This document shows positions 26,325 to 40,456 of a stretch of DNA of 64,000 nucleotides, in pieces (within the stretch, counting starts at the first letter, position 1; each line of letters starts with the position of its first letter). A model generated the notes under the pieces. The model was not told the DNA's origin. It ran no database searches and worked only from the letters and a program-made list of their open reading frames with translations. The stretch lies in the NCBI RefSeq assembly GCF_009914755.1, contig NC_060927.1; one strand, 5' to 3'. The translations under genes were made by a program, and so were the position numbers. This stretch comes from the human T2T-CHM13v2.0 reference genome, Homo sapiens.

Positions 26325-26799
26325 AGAGGTAAATTACACTTATTTGTAGATATTTTGTGTTAAAAGATTTGTAAAAATCATAATTAATAACATTCTAAGG
26401 TACATTACATGTTATGGCAAATATAGAGAGCATATTTTGGGGAGAATGATAGGCTGAAAAGAAGGAGTAGAGAACAATGAAAGCACAGCAGAGAGCTGGA
26501 GAGATGATTTCAAGCTAACTTATGTGTGGAGATGGGAGGATTTCTAATGATTTTACCTGTACAATATTTCCTGAATTTTTCTCCACCTCTAACTGCACAA
26601 TCTCCAACTTGCAGGAAAGGGAATGTATTCTCTTGGAGAATATTAGAACAGCACTCCAATTGGTCACTCCCTCTCTTTCAAATTCACCGTCCTTTTATGG
26701 TTCTCTTTTACCTATAGGTTAACGCTGAAAGGTTAAGGTAATGCTAGCTGCTCCAACAGATACACAGCAAGTCCTTTCACCTTATAGTTAAGAGTGTCT

Positions 26800-27600
26800 T
26801 GACTTATCTTGGTTATTTTAAACTTCATATAAATCATTCAACAAGACTGTAAATTCCACAGCTATCTCGTAGGAATTTTTACTTACAATTTCATCAAATC
26901 TTTAGATCAATTTGGAAAAATTTACACCTTTATATTATTGAGTCTTCTTTAATTTTATTTAGCATCTCTTAAAAACATTGTATGCTTTTCAGCATAGCCA
27001 TCTTATTCACCTTTGACTAATTGTATCCCTAGTATTTACTTTTATGTATTTTTATAAACTATATCTTTTAAAAAATTATTGCTGGTAAACAGAAATACAA
27101 TTGACTTTTGAAAACTAACTTTGTATTCTGTAACATCATAAATTATAATAATTTATTTGAAGACCCCTTGAATTTATATATAAATATATGTATATATATG
27201 TGTGTATATGTGTATCTATGTACATATATATACATACACACACAACTGTATCTGCGATAATGGCATTTTCTCTTTTTGCTTTTAATTGGCTGCTTATTAT
27301 TTGCTTATTGCACAGACCAACTCCTTCAGCACAACATTGAACAGAATATTAGAATCTTTTTCTTGTTCCTCTCCTGCTGGCCCAGAAGGTTCTTAAGGCT
27401 TCCACTCTTCACTCTTGATAGACTCTGGACTTCAGTAACTGGGTGAATATTATTAATTGTCTTTCTCCTGGCTCTCAGCAACATGGGTTTTTACTAACTT
27501 TATAGTTGTTCATTGCCTTCAAGAAGATTTTTTAATGTATATATTTTGTCCAGTTTTTCTATTTGTCCTTAATGTAGGGTTGATCTGAGATATCTAGGTA
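26800..27600 (-). mobile_element. L1ME-type fragments with a (TA/TG)n tract
   Basis: TTTAGATCAATTTGG, ATTGAGTCTTC, AGAAATACAATTGACTTTTG. Confidence 0.55.
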
Positions 27601-28299
27601 GCCATTACTAGAGGGCTCACTTTTTTCATTAAAAAATACATTTTGTAGATCATTGCATGTTAGACTGTAAGGATCTATTCTACTTATTCACACTACAGAG
27701 AATGACATGGTACAAAGATATCATAATCTAGCAATTCCTCTTTTTATGGGCATTTCAATTGACCATTCTCAAAGCTTAAACTACAAAGAAGGCAAATCAA
27801 TTAACATAGCTCAGTTAAACTCTATGGTGACGATCTGTTACTTTCTTAGCTCTTTTTGGGCTGAGACAGATTTATATTTCTGTTTCAAATATCTTGGAAC
27901 TGACTATGAAGACATATTATTCTTTGATTATTTGTCACAATTTCTGTAAAAATTCCGTTTTCAGTGCTCTCCTAGATGTGTCTCTGATATTTCTAGTCTT
28001 TTTTTCATATTTCTACCTCAGAACTCCCTGCCTCTCTCCCCAACCCTGTTCTATGTATTAAGAGTATCCTAATCAGGAGGATATCATAGCTAAGTAGGAA
28101 AATAGAAAAATTCAAATATATTCTTCCCAATCCACACTTGAGTTAATCACTGATCATTGTGCCCTGTCACCATATATTTTACAACCTATTCTCCAGGGAA
28201 TTATCAGAAAGGTCATGCTAGAATTTAATAAAGCTGTTTTATCTTTTAAGAGACTGTCTGACATCTTATTAACAAATAATGTATCATTAAATAGTACTG

Positions 28300-28625
28300 T
28301 AGGTCCCTAATCCTCATCTGAAACCCGTAGGACTAGATGTGTTTTGGTGTTCAGAATATTTCAGGTTTCATAAAGGTAACTGAGATACACATAGCATTTA
28401 TAACATTCTCAACTATTTCTAGAGGAATGACTCATAATTAAACAAATTAATATTTCTAATTCAAATATGTGATTTATACTAAATGGAATGAATAAAGATT
28501 TTGAATAGTCTTGGATCAGTTTAAGTAATGCTTTGTCACTAAGTGAGTTTGGGTAACTGGTGAAGAATTTTCCGGTTTCAGAGACTTTTAGATCTTGGAA
28601 TTGTAGATAAACAATTATGGACCTG
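28300..28625. mobile_element. MER46C-like Tigger MITE
   Basis: Termini AGGTCC...GGACCTG followed by TA; ~330 bp. Confidence 0.6.
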
Positions 28626-28780
28626 TATTCTATGCCTCTTTTCTCAGATCCTCTTTTCTCAATATATTCAACAAAATGGGTTCATTTTATTTTCTAATTA
28701 ACTTTCAGTTTCTTCTCTACCATAATTTTCTTAGTAAAACCTTTGTCTTTCTCATCTGGAAAGTTATAATTACTTCTATT

Positions 28781-29101
28781 TTCTTTCTTCCTTTTTTTTT
28801 TTTTCTTTTTTTGAGACAGGGTCTTGGTTTTGTCACTCAGGCTGGATTGCAGTGGTAGGATCATGGCTCACTGTAGCCTCAACCTCCTGGGATCAAGCGA
28901 TCCTCCCACCTCAGCCACCTGAGTCACTGGGACCACAGGCACGTGCCACCACACCAGGCTAATGATTTCGAGTTTTCATAGAGACAAGATCTCACTATCT
29001 TGCCCAGACTGGTCTTGAACTCCTGAGTTCAAGAGATTTTACAACTTCTGCTTCTGAAAGTGCTGGAATTACAGGACACTTTAGGAGCCACTGCCTCCAG
29101 C
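28781..29101 (-). mobile_element. AluJ
   Basis: Poly(T) then GAGACAGGGTCTTG...GATCATGGCTCACTGTAGCCTCAACCTCCTGGG. Confidence 0.92.
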
Positions 29102-30708
29102 AAAAAGTTATCTCTGACTCTAATTTCTCCAATTTCAATCAGAACTCCATAGCAACAATTACAAAGTAACCATCCAAATCTCAACTGGCAATATCACAGC
29201 TCGGTTTAAAAACGTCAGTGGAACCTATTTCCCACAGGGCAAAAGTCCTTGATCATCTGAATCTCTCTGATTTTCTAGATTCTGTTATTGTCATTGTCTT
29301 TAGTACAAACACTATTCACAAGTCATGTAAATTTACTTTTAGAATTTTGCATAATAATTGTATTTCATACTTCTGAGTCTTCACATGTGCCAAACACTTC
29401 TGTATGAAATTTCATTTTAACTGTGATTACATAGACTCTTATAGACTCATTCAATGTTACATTCCTGAAGCCCTCATCCTTCCATTTTCAACACAATCTA
29501 CCACTACCGTCATCACTTTCCCTAAGTATTATTTTCTACTGTGCTACTATAGCTATTTGCAGTGTATTTTACAGATATTATCTTTAATAGTTTTTGTTCT
29601 ACTCCCAAAAGTATGACATACTTATATTCCCTAAAGACTTTACCTGAAAAATGCTTTTCTTTTTTAAACTTTCCCTTGGAAAGAACTGATTCTCATATGG
29701 AGAAAGCAATCTCTATAAACAAAAATAAAATTTCCTTTCATCTCTACATATGGTAGCTTGATTTATTCCAGAACATGACAGCAATAGCATATAATCAGAT
29801 CTAATGCAGTTATTTACCATGCTATCTAGTTGGCAGTGATGTATGTGTGCGAGTGTGTGTGTGTTTGTGTATCTATTTACCTATCTATATAGGTACACAC
29901 AGAAACATATATGCATACCTACACACAGATACATGTATACATACATTTGTAAATATAAAATATGTGTATATACACCTAATGTCTACAGAGAATATTAGAA
30001 TCAACTTTTTCTTGTTTTTCACTTTTCTTATGTAAGAAAACTTGTTATAAAACCTGTGTATTTATTTCTCAGCTTCAAAAGTTATCAATTCATGGCCAAT
30101 CACATTGCATATATACCCCCCCACCTCATTTATTTTGAAGCAAATCCCAGACATAACATTTAATTAATTTATATGATAATCTGTACGCACATTAAAGTTT
30201 GACAAGCATTGCGTTAGAGTGTTCTTAAGACTGAAAATCTTCACTAATTTTTAAATGCACAGAGGCAATTTTGATAGAAGATGCCTTAATTTCATTTCGC
30301 TTTATATCATCGGGGTTTCTCATCACTTCAGGGTTTTATGAAAAATACATTTCTTTGTAGCTGTGCGTTTTTGATCCTTTTAATAAAAAAGACAACTCAT
30401 TTGTTCTTTTTAACTTGTTAATATAGACATACTAATGGTTTGCAAAGCTGACAAAAACTAAATTACAGAGTATTTGTACAAAAAGCTAGTGCAAGGATTG
30501 AAAAAGCTAGAATTAAAACTAAATTTAAATTTATCTTTGTGTGGTTAAGTTTTGTCTCCTTTATTCATCAAAACCTCTAACATATCCATAAAAGAAATAT
30601 TTCTATGACAGAGTAGCAGATGTGAATGCCTTCAGTGAATGCATACAGAGAAACCATAGGTTTTCTAGGATAGTTTTCAAAACTACTTAATACAGAAGAT
30701 TTCATTAA

Positions 30709-30996
<288 letters not shown>

Positions 30997-31329
30997 TAAC
31001 CACTCTCAATTCTGCTGGCCATAAAAACCACATAGTCTTCACCACCCAGCCCCAAATTTCAAAAAAAGAAAAAAAAATCTAAGATAATAACCTACTGAAT
31101 GAAAAAAACTTGTATCTACTTATTTTAGAAATATTTACTTTATTAAAGAAAATTAAGTTCTGGGGTCAAAGATATTCACATTAAAGGCCCTCAAAGGAAA
31201 TGGTCATTTCTTCATATATCTACAAAAGGATGATGACAATAAGAAATGCAGCAATCAACTTCATTTTGAACTTGCTTTATCTCTGGACTTGAACTAGGCT
31301 TGCATAACAGGAACTAGCAGGACAATGGA

Positions 31330-31500
31330 CTAGCTATACGACTGTGGGGAAGCTACTTACTGCTCTGAAGCTCAGTGTTTTCATCTGTAATATGGGAATA
31401 ACAATAATCCACCTTCCATAGTGTAAAAGCCAAATGAAAGAACGGATATAAAAGTGCTTTTGAAAATTATAAAGCTCTAAGTAAAATGTGAATTTTTATT
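31330..31500 (+). mobile_element. MIR
   Basis: CTCAGTGTTTTCATCTGTAATATGGGAATAACAATA. Confidence 0.65.
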
Positions 31501-32109
31501 ATTAGATCACTTAGAATATTCAGCAGTTTAGATAAAGAATGACATAATTGCTCTGTATTGCTACCAAAATAAGAACCACGAGTCTTTTTTAAATAATAAA
31601 AATCTTGAAACTCGAAAGGCCTTTTTTGCTGTTAGTGCTCATTTAAATATTCAGTATTGATATTCAGTTTTTGTGTGGCTTTGTTTAGTCATTGATAAGT
31701 ATCCCTGAAGTCTCCCTTCATCCAACCATCCTTTTTCCAAACTGGGTTCAGCTATGCCATTATTTCCATTTTTTAAAGATATTAAGGGTTTAATCTATAC
31801 TTTCTTGGATATTATCATTTAAAGTTTTTAATGTAAGAACTATGATAATTATATTTTAGTTCTCTAGTTTCTCATAGCCCTCCTTCAGTTTTCAGAAGCA
31901 ATTATTTAGGCTTTAATTATAAATGTGTTCAGCTCATCTTAAATCAAAGAAAGCCAATGAAAAAGAAACAAGAAATTTAATATACATATTGTACTTATTT
32001 GTTTGTCCTTCGTGTTTTCTCTATCTCGGTTGTTTGTTGTATAAGTTGTTGGCAATTTTCATAAGTATAGTAATGGCTTCTGACAAACTGACCTACTATG
32101 TACAGTGTT

Positions 32110-32330
32110 TAATAATGTAGGCTCTGAAATGAAATAAATCTTTATTTCTGCACTGTATCACGTACTTGCTGAACAATATGGGATTGAACACTATTTTTTC
32201 TGGGCTTCAAATTTCTTATCTGTAAATTGGGGGTGTAATAGTGAGTACATCATAGGATTGCTGTGAGAATTAAATAGAGGTGGTTGAAAGTATGTGGCAG
32301 GGTTCCTATTAGCAGAACATAATGTATTTA
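32110..32330 (+). mobile_element. MIR
   Basis: TTTCTTATCTGTAAATTGGGGG...CATAGGATTGCTGTGAGAATTAAAT. Confidence 0.65.
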
Positions 32331-33973
32331 ACAATAATAAATAGTGTTAATTAAAAGCATACTATGCACCAGCCACTATGCTTAACACTAAATATATTTT
32401 AATAATTTTGAACGAGACAGATGCACAAGACAAAGAAACAAAAATGTCCAACAACGTGTCAAGAGAAAATAAGGTGAGTGGAACATTTTCATGTTAAATT
32501 GAGTGTGTGTACCATAATGATTTCCGACATTATTCATGAAATTATAAGAGAAGCTCTACATTTTCATGTAGTTCCTAAGGTATCCTAGTAATTCTGATTG
32601 GTTTATTTATTTTTTTACTACATGCCACCCTCACTAGAATGAAGCATGTAAAGTCAGGGACTTTGCCTATTTTATTCACCATCATACATGGCCTATTTCC
32701 AGCATTTGGTGCCTGGTTCATAGAATAACTCCACAAATGCCTGTACCCTGAAATAATACATTACAATATGAAAAAATCCTTCTTATCCCAAGTATATGCA
32801 AGACACTTGCCTAAATATTTTGAGGCAGTCAAAGATAAACTGGTCATGAATTTGACCCTCAAAAGAAAGAATGAGGAGAAAGAACATTTGTAATGAGATA
32901 ATAAAATATAAGTATAAATGAATTCAATACAGGTAGATTTCAGATGAAGAAAGTGTTATTTCATCCATGAAAAGAGATATAATTAAACTGAAGTTGCTAC
33001 TTATTTGTATTTTTAATCTTCTTTGGAGTAGTAGTGTAATCAACATGCTACTTACCAGCTTAGTGTGCCTCACAGATGTATTTTATTTGGATGAGTGTTG
33101 TAAATATCTGAGTTCAAATATCTTTAGTTGAAGTATATATTCTTATTTTACCTCAGATTCTATCTCTCTGTATTATAGTTATACCTTCAAGAAACTTCAA
33201 ATGGTTTTACTACTGCTCAGCCCCTGAAGGCATGGTAGACAACCCACAGTGTATATTAAACAAAACTGCAGCGACTGGCAAAGGATAATGAAATGATAGG
33301 AAGCCCATGGAGAACACAGTGGAGATACAGTGATGTACAAGCTGGGAACCCAAGGAAACACTACAGGAAAGGCAGTAAGGTGAGACAATCTTTTGTCAGC
33401 AGGTTATTGCAAGATCCAACCAAAGTGAACTATTCCTATTAAAGTGATCCCATCACTACTCACTGATAATGAACCTTGGGACACCAATTCCAGAAGGTTG
33501 AAGACCTGCCCCTAAGTTGGTCCAACTTTCTGGGCACCCACTGCTCCCTGCGTGGGGCACCATGGACCCACTCTGGAGCCAGAGTTGGCACCTCTATTCA
33601 TGAGAGTTTTGCTATAATCTTTGTCCATCAGCAAACAGGGATGCTTTTTTACTATGTCTTCCTTGTGCTCTCATGAATAAAACATATAATCAGAACATCT
33701 GATTTCTGAAAACACACCATGTTCCTAATAGTGCTTATTCTCAAGAAAGAAATTCTGATAAATCTCTAATTATATTAACAATGCAATATTTGCAATTACA
33801 GATAAAATTATGTTCAAAAAGCTTTTTGTCACACTTTTACACAAAATTCCTGACTTTATGTAGTGTTAATTTGCTCCCTTTACTTCCCTTCTTATATTCA
33901 AAAATAATTTTGATTGAGTAGAATATGCCCTTAGGAAAAGATAACGTGTAAACTGGAATTCATTATTAGAGTA

Positions 33974-34503
33974 TGTAGCAGACACTGTTGGTGCCCCATG
34001 TATATCCCGTCACCCTTGCTACTTCACTGAGCACTAGCCTGAGGTCCATTTGTCAGGGCATGTGTTTCTTTGCCTGAGGCTCTCGTGTAACCCGCGTCCA
34101 CCCTGCACCCACTTGTAACCCGAGCCCACCCTGAACCCATGTGGCAGGTCAGAAGTGCCAGAGAATTAAATTTCTTTCCCCACTGAAAGCAGCTTTCAAC
34201 CAATGGCTGGCTGGGGGTAGATGTATAAATATCCGTTAGTATGGATGCATGTGGGGTTAGGTATGTGGGGAGGTAACACTGAAGTATGTATTCTACACTG
34301 GCTCCCAGAGTTTCTTCAGTGGCATCAAGCAACAATTGCCCACTGTGGTAGCTGCATTATAACACATCCTAAAGGCTGTCTTTCCTTCCCTGTCTCACTT
34401 TCCCATTTCTTTACTAATAGTTTCTGGATTCAACAACCAAATAAACTACTTAACCTTAAATTCTTGTCACAAGGTCTTATTCTAAGCAAACCCAAACTAA
34501 GTG
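33974..34503 (+). mobile_element. LTR16A/B-like ERVL LTR
   Basis: TGTAGCAGACACTGT start, GCAGCTTTCAACCAATG, AAATAAACTACTT...AAACCCAAACTAAG end. Confidence 0.75.
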
Positions 34504-35939
34504 TAATATCAAATTTTTACACTCATCTCAGATATAGTAAGCATTTATTTGCTAGATTTATACAAATGTGATCTTGTGAATATTTATCAAATTTTCTTGG
34601 CCAGTAATACTACATTCAGTGTGTTTAGTTTAGGTCAAATTGTTGTGCACGTGTGCACATATGTCTCTTTATAAAGAGCACAGGAAGGTTCTGTAAGCCA
34701 CTCCCTCAATCTTAACCCATCTCCCATTCCCATTGAATTGAAAACCCCACCAGCTACTTCCATATGCACAGTACTGTACCTTCACTGTAGGACTCAACAT
34801 GAAAAGAAACTATATGTGGAAAAGAATCTTCTCTCTCCCAAAGTAAATGGAACTAAACAAAAAAAAAAAGTTAGCTAAGTACTGTTCATTTTATATCAAT
34901 GTTTCCATTTCCAAGTTTGATCCTATATAAAAAAATATCCTCAATTCCTTTTTTAAGAGTATTCACTTTTACCACAGCTGGACACAAGAATTATAAGCAA
35001 GTTCTCAACAGAGATAAACGCACTTGGATGCATGGGGCCTCAGCACGACAGACCAGTGGAATCTTAGAGTCATAAACAGACAATGGGAAGGACTGCCATT
35101 TCAGAAAGCTACCCAGCACGAGCAGAGAGAGCTCAGCAGAAAACAGACAAAGATTCCCTGATCCCAAGATTATTGTTTCATACAACTTTGACAAGTTGTC
35201 TTCCAAAGTTCAGCTGTTTTGTTCTCCTATCTATAGGTGAAAAAACACTTTTAAATTGTGAAAACAGTAATCTAGGAAGCATATATGTAATAATCATTTT
35301 TGTTTAAGAACCTGTGATTAAACTTATCAGGCAGAACATAAAATTCATTTGTTTATGATATGCTTTGCTATGATATTCTTTCCCTAAGCAAGCTTTCAAC
35401 ACTTGCCTCTTTTGAAGTCTAGGTCATCCATTTATAGCATCCTCTCCAGGTACTCATCAGTCATGTCTTTATTTTTGTTCCATTCTTTCACCCTCTTCAC
35501 TTGTCTTGCTTTTCTCTGTACCCCATTATCTGTCATTTGATTATATGACATTAGTTAGCAGGTAGGTTGATTTTCCTACCTAATGTTGTAATCCTGACAA
35601 CTCCTATGACCTTAATATTCTCTCCATTCAATCTTGAATCATATCATTGAGTTCATTCTTCCTTGACATATTTCTGCCTGCAAATGCCAATATGGAAAAA
35701 TACAGGCTAGACTCTTGTTACTCATGGTGTGATTCAAGCACATGCATTCAGCATATTTTGGTAGCCTTCTAGAAATGCACATTCTCAGGCCCAAGCCCAG
35801 ACCCACTAAATCAGATAAGGTGTCCAGCTATTTGTATATACATTACTATAACATATTATGATTATATAACATAATATTTTGATCATATATATGTGTGTAT
35901 ATATATGTGTATGTGGGGCGGGGGGGGTGTAGGTGCTTG

Positions 35940-36298
35940 TCATCCAAGGTTCCTAGTTCCTAACTCCCATAACCGTTGTTACACTCTTTTTTTATGATGT
36001 TGGGGTGCTTTAGACTCATAAGCAGGCCTCAGAAAACACAATTTTTATTTCTTCTGTCCTCCTGCCATCTGCCCAAGGAAGGACGTGAATCTGATTGTGT
36101 GTCATAAGACCCTCATTTCAGAGAGGGTCCTACTCCATACTATGGAGGAAGGAATGCTTCCCAGAAAGACCAAGAAGAATCTGAACAGACATGCCTTGCT
36201 GTGTTTAGATCATGTGCTTTTCGTTTGATCACATTTTGACACAGTTGTCTTGGCTTCAATCATGAACAACAAATGAAGTCTCCATAAAAGGCCTAAAG
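35940..36298 (+). mobile_element. MER21-like LTR, truncated by the next element
   Basis: ATAAGACCCTCATTTCAGAGAGGGTCC, AAGAATCTGAACAGAC, GAAGTCTCCATAAAAGGCC. Confidence 0.65.
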
Positions 36299-36776
36299 TG
36301 AGGTAGGATGCAGAACTTAACTAAGAGCTGGAGCTCAGCCACCAGACCAGATTGAGGACTAGTGATGGCAGGGAAGAGATGAAAGCACCTCTCCGTAAGA
36401 CATGCCCACCAGTGTGCCATGTCATGATACCATTGCCATGGCAACACCCAGAAGTTACCAACCCTTTTCATGGCAATGACTCTAATGACCTATAAGTTAC
36501 AACCCATTTTCTAGAAATTTCTTCATTATCAGCCCATTAATTTACATATAATTAAAGTAGGTATAAATATGACTGCAGAACTACCTCTGAGCTGCTTCTC
36601 TGGGCATACTGCCTGTGAGGTAGCTCTGCTCTGCAAGGAGTACCTCTGCTGGTGCTGTACACTGCCACTTCAATAAAAGTTGCTAACACCCCAGCTCACC
36701 CTTGAATTCTTTCCTGGGAAAAGCCAAGAACCCGCCTAAACTAAGCCCAAATTTTGAGGTTTGCCTGTCTGCATCA
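36299..36776 (+). mobile_element. MER66-like ERV1 5' LTR
   Basis: TG...CA termini, GACCAGATTGAGGACTAG, TTGCCATGGCAACAC, TATAAA and AATAAA. Confidence 0.75.
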
Positions 36777-37332
36777 TCCCAACTATGAAGGGATGAAGAC
36801 AGCGGAGACGGTGGTGATTGACAGAGAGGCAAGATGGTAAGATAGCAGAGATGGTAGCACTCAGCAATCAGAGGAGATGGCAATTGGTGAGACGATGAGC
36901 AGAGATGGTGAGAGACAACAAAACAGTCTGTGAGAGCTACTAACCCTACAGAGATGTAATGCTAATAAAGGCTCTTTTCAGAGCCATCATGTTCCCTGGG
37001 AGGTGGCAGAGCCAAATATATATGGCAGTGGCCATAGCACTGCCACCTTATGTGGGACTGCCACCCCTATCAGCAGGTTGGCAGGTCACTGGTCCCCCTA
37101 CCAACCCCCCATGCAGCAGCCAAGCCCACCCAAACTGAGGAAACCTGGAGAGACCTTCACCTGGGTTCCATGTGGAAGATCAGTCAGCACAATTTTGGCT
37201 CCTGTGGATGGATAAGTGTCCACTCTGCCACTCCCCATAATACCAGGTAATCCAGGGAATAAAAGCTTTTGGTTAAGTGGTCAGTTAAAATTTAGCTGTC
37301 ATTTGAGTGCCCTGAAGCACATCCTTGTCATC

Positions 37333-37879
37333 TGTGATGGTTAATACTGAGTGTCAACTCGATTGGTTTGAAGGTTGCAAAGTATTGTTCCTGGGTGGGT
37401 CTGTGAGGGTGTTGTCAAAGGAGATTAACATTTGAGCCAGTGGACTGGGAGTGGCAGACCCACTCTCAATCTGGGTAAGCACAATCTAATCAGCTGCCAG
37501 CACAGCTAGAATAAAAGCAGGCAGAAGAATGTGGAAGGACTAGACTGGCTGAGTCTTCTGACCTTCATCTTTTTCCCATGTTGGATATTTCCTGCCCTTG
37601 AACATAGACTCCAATTATTCAGCTTTTGGACTCTTGGACCTATGCCAATTGTTTGCCCAGGAGCTCTTAGGCCTTCGGCCACAGGCTGAATGCTGCACTG
37701 TTCTCCTTTGTACTTTTGAAGTTTTAGGACTTGGACTGGCTTCCTTGCTCCTCAGCTTGCAGGAGGCCTATTGTGGGACTTTTCCTTGTGATATTGTGAA
37801 TCAATACTCCTTAATAAACTCTTTCATATATACCTTTATCCTATTAGTCCTGTCCCTCTAAAGAACCCTGAATAATATA
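37333..37879 (+). mobile_element. MLT2A (HERV-L) solo LTR nested in the ERV1 leader
   Basis: TGTGATGGTTAATACTGAGTGTCAACT start; CCTATTAGTCCTGTCCCTCTAAAGAACCCTG end. Confidence 0.88.
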
Positions 37880-38832
37880 TCACTCCTTCCCTGGTCCTTT
37901 CTCCTCTGACTCCATTTTATTGTTTCACCAGTCATTTTGTTTTCAGTCCTAAAACATTTTACTTGCAGTATTATGTTTGCTTTTGACTTTCTGTTAACTC
38001 TCTTTGGAAAACTGGCCACTTATTTGTGAGAGGTCCTCCACTGGATTAACTCTGGGATGCCACAGTCACATTGTTCTGTGACCCCAACTTAGGTTGTGGT
38101 TCACTGTTGGCCGCCTCCCAGGTGCCACAGGGTTTTCAGCATTCAGTGAGGGGGACCCTTGTTGGCTGAAACTCAGGCACTCCAGGTTTTCAGCATTGAT
38201 ATTGTTGGCTGTTTTCCAGATGCTTTGGAGATTTTGGCATTGCCATTCCCTTTATGATTGTGGGTTATAGCCCCTCCCTCTAGAGGAGTGTTGCTCTCTC
38301 CTTTACCTGCCCTGAAGTTAGAAGTTATTTCCTCACAGCCATTTGTAAGCCTCTTCCTGTATGCTGTCGTACAACTCCCTTGCTCAAGCCACTCTTGGTC
38401 AAAGGGATTGAGAGTTCTCAGGACCCTGGCCTGATGGACGACCACCTACAGCAATAGACAAGTGGTCACTCAAACATTTTTTTTAGATGTCTCCACTGCT
38501 GGATACGTTCTTTATCAAGGCAGGGTCTCTGAGGTCTCCCCTTGGGCAATGCTGCTTATCCCGTACCCTTCCTCCCTTTTACAGTCACCATTGGTTTAGC
38601 CCCTCTCTCTGCCCAACTCTCACTCTCTGTGGAATTGAGGCTCAACATTGTACTGCCCATTTGTAGCGCATAATCCACTTTTCTAACACCTTGCTACCTA
38701 TACTTACACCTTCTCTGCAGAAAGTAGAAATCTAAAGGGGAAAAATAACAAGGGTCCAGTTACTTTATATCTTGATAGACTTAGATAATCTTCTGTGCCC
38801 AGTAAAAATCCTTGTTAGTCCTGAGGGACAAC

Positions 38833-40090
38833 GATGAGCCTCCCAGAGGATTCACCACTAGGATGGTTTTTAGGATACTGGAGAAAATTCAAATTTGGCT
38901 TAAAGAAAAAGAAACTCATTTTCTATTGCACCACCATTTGGGTTCAATAAAAATTAGAAAACCAACAGAACTGACCTAAACATGATTCTGTATAATGATA
39001 TTTTACAATTGGATTTATCCTATAAAAAAAGAAGGAAAATGGGAAAAGGTCCCTTATGTACAGGTTTTTATGGCCCTTTTCTGGCTCACGTTACTTCCAG
39101 GCACCAGAAAGTCATGCCTAAGGGTTCCCATCCTAACTGCTTCCCATAAAAGGCCTACGCCTTCCCTGGAGTTTTCTTAGTTCCCCGATTCTGAGGGGGA
39201 TTCCATCTGTTCTTTAATGAAGGATTCCACTCCAAGGTCATCAGACACCCCTCCCTCTATTCCAACTAGCCCCAGACTATACACCCCTAATACTGGAAAA
39301 AATAAGCACAACCAGTTACTACCACGAGTGGGGCCTCACATCAACCCCTAAATTCAACCCTACATTAATGGTTCAAGTTAGCTAGTGAAAATGAGGGAAT
39401 CACTTAGAGTACATATGCCATTTTCTATGTGTAATTTGGCTTTATACAAGGAAAATTTTGGCCGGTTTTCATAAAATCCAGAAAAGTTTATAGAGGAGTT
39501 TGTTAAGCTGACCATGTTCTTTAATTTAAATTGTCATGAGTTACAAGTATTGTTGTCTGCTTGCAGTGCCATGGAAAAGAAGCAGAGGAAAAAGTGTGTG
39601 GTTAAGCCAGTCATTAGAGAAATAACTCAGGAAAAAGAGGAAAATTCTACAGTTTCAGGGTCATTTAGCTGAGGCACTCAGGAAATGTACTAATTCAGAC
39701 CCAGACTTCCCAGAAGGGCAATCTCTCTTGGATATACATTTTATTACTCAATCTACCCCAATATTGGGAGAAAATGACAAAAAACAGCAACAGGACCTCA
39801 AAACTGTGAGTGCCAACTCTTAAATATGGCCTTTAATGTTTTCAACAATAGGAACAGGGCAAAAGAAGTTCAAAAAATAAAGAAAGAAATAGCCAAAAAG
39901 TGCAATTGTTAACAGTTGCTTTAAGCCCCCTGCCACTGGAGCATTACTCATCCTGAGAAAGTGTTGCAAGATCAGTGTCTGGAAGCCCACACCAAGGGCC
40001 ACTGACTCACTGGCCCTGAGCCAGAATCAGTGTGCCTATTATAAGCAAAAAGACTATTGGCAATGAGAATGTCCTTACTGTCCCCAGTGA
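38833..40090 (+). pseudogene. gag: Class I (gamma-like) ERV gag relic
   Basis: Hand translation: MA EDSPLG..W..F..LKKKKLIFYC...EGKWEKVPYVQVF; CA RVHMPFS...NPEKFIEEF, EITQEKEEN, HFITQS; NC-like NQCAY.KQKDYW..ECP; many stops and frameshifts. Confidence 0.85.
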
Positions 40091-40456
40091 GAGAGAGAAA
40101 AAAAAAAGTTCCCCATTAATACTAGAGCTAACCTTCTTCCACCAGCCCCAAGGAGCTGCCTCGCTCAAGTTAGTTTACTGGGTGTCTTGAATCCTTGACC
40201 TGACAAACAGCTTCCCACAGTAGCTGACAAGAGGCCGTCTGAACAGCTTTCTTCAGTGTCTCTGCTGCTGAGTGAGCTCTCTGGTGGCTTGGGGACACCA
40301 AGGTCTCTGCTTGAACAACACAGTTTACCTCTTCCCTTCCTTATTCAATGCTATGAGATCCTTTTCTGTGCCTCCTTCTGTCTTCCATACCTACTGGGGC
40401 AAAAAAATTTTGCCAGGTAGATGGGTCCCAATCCTGGGGCAAGGAGCAGAGCAGAA

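Larger units (their letters stand above)
25760..26770. repeat. Inverted duplication, arms 25760-25924 and 26603-26770
   Basis: Reverse complement of the right arm aligns end to end with the left arm, about 85% identical by eye. Confidence 0.93.
36777..40456 (+). mobile_element. MER4-group ERV1 internal region (leader plus gag), interrupted and 3'-truncated
   Basis: Degenerate PBS CAACTATGAAGGGA after the LTR; gag relic downstream. Confidence 0.75.

Noticed and set aside
32400-32480. Strong donor AAG|GTGAGT at ~32473
   Set aside because: No clear polypyrimidine acceptor upstream.
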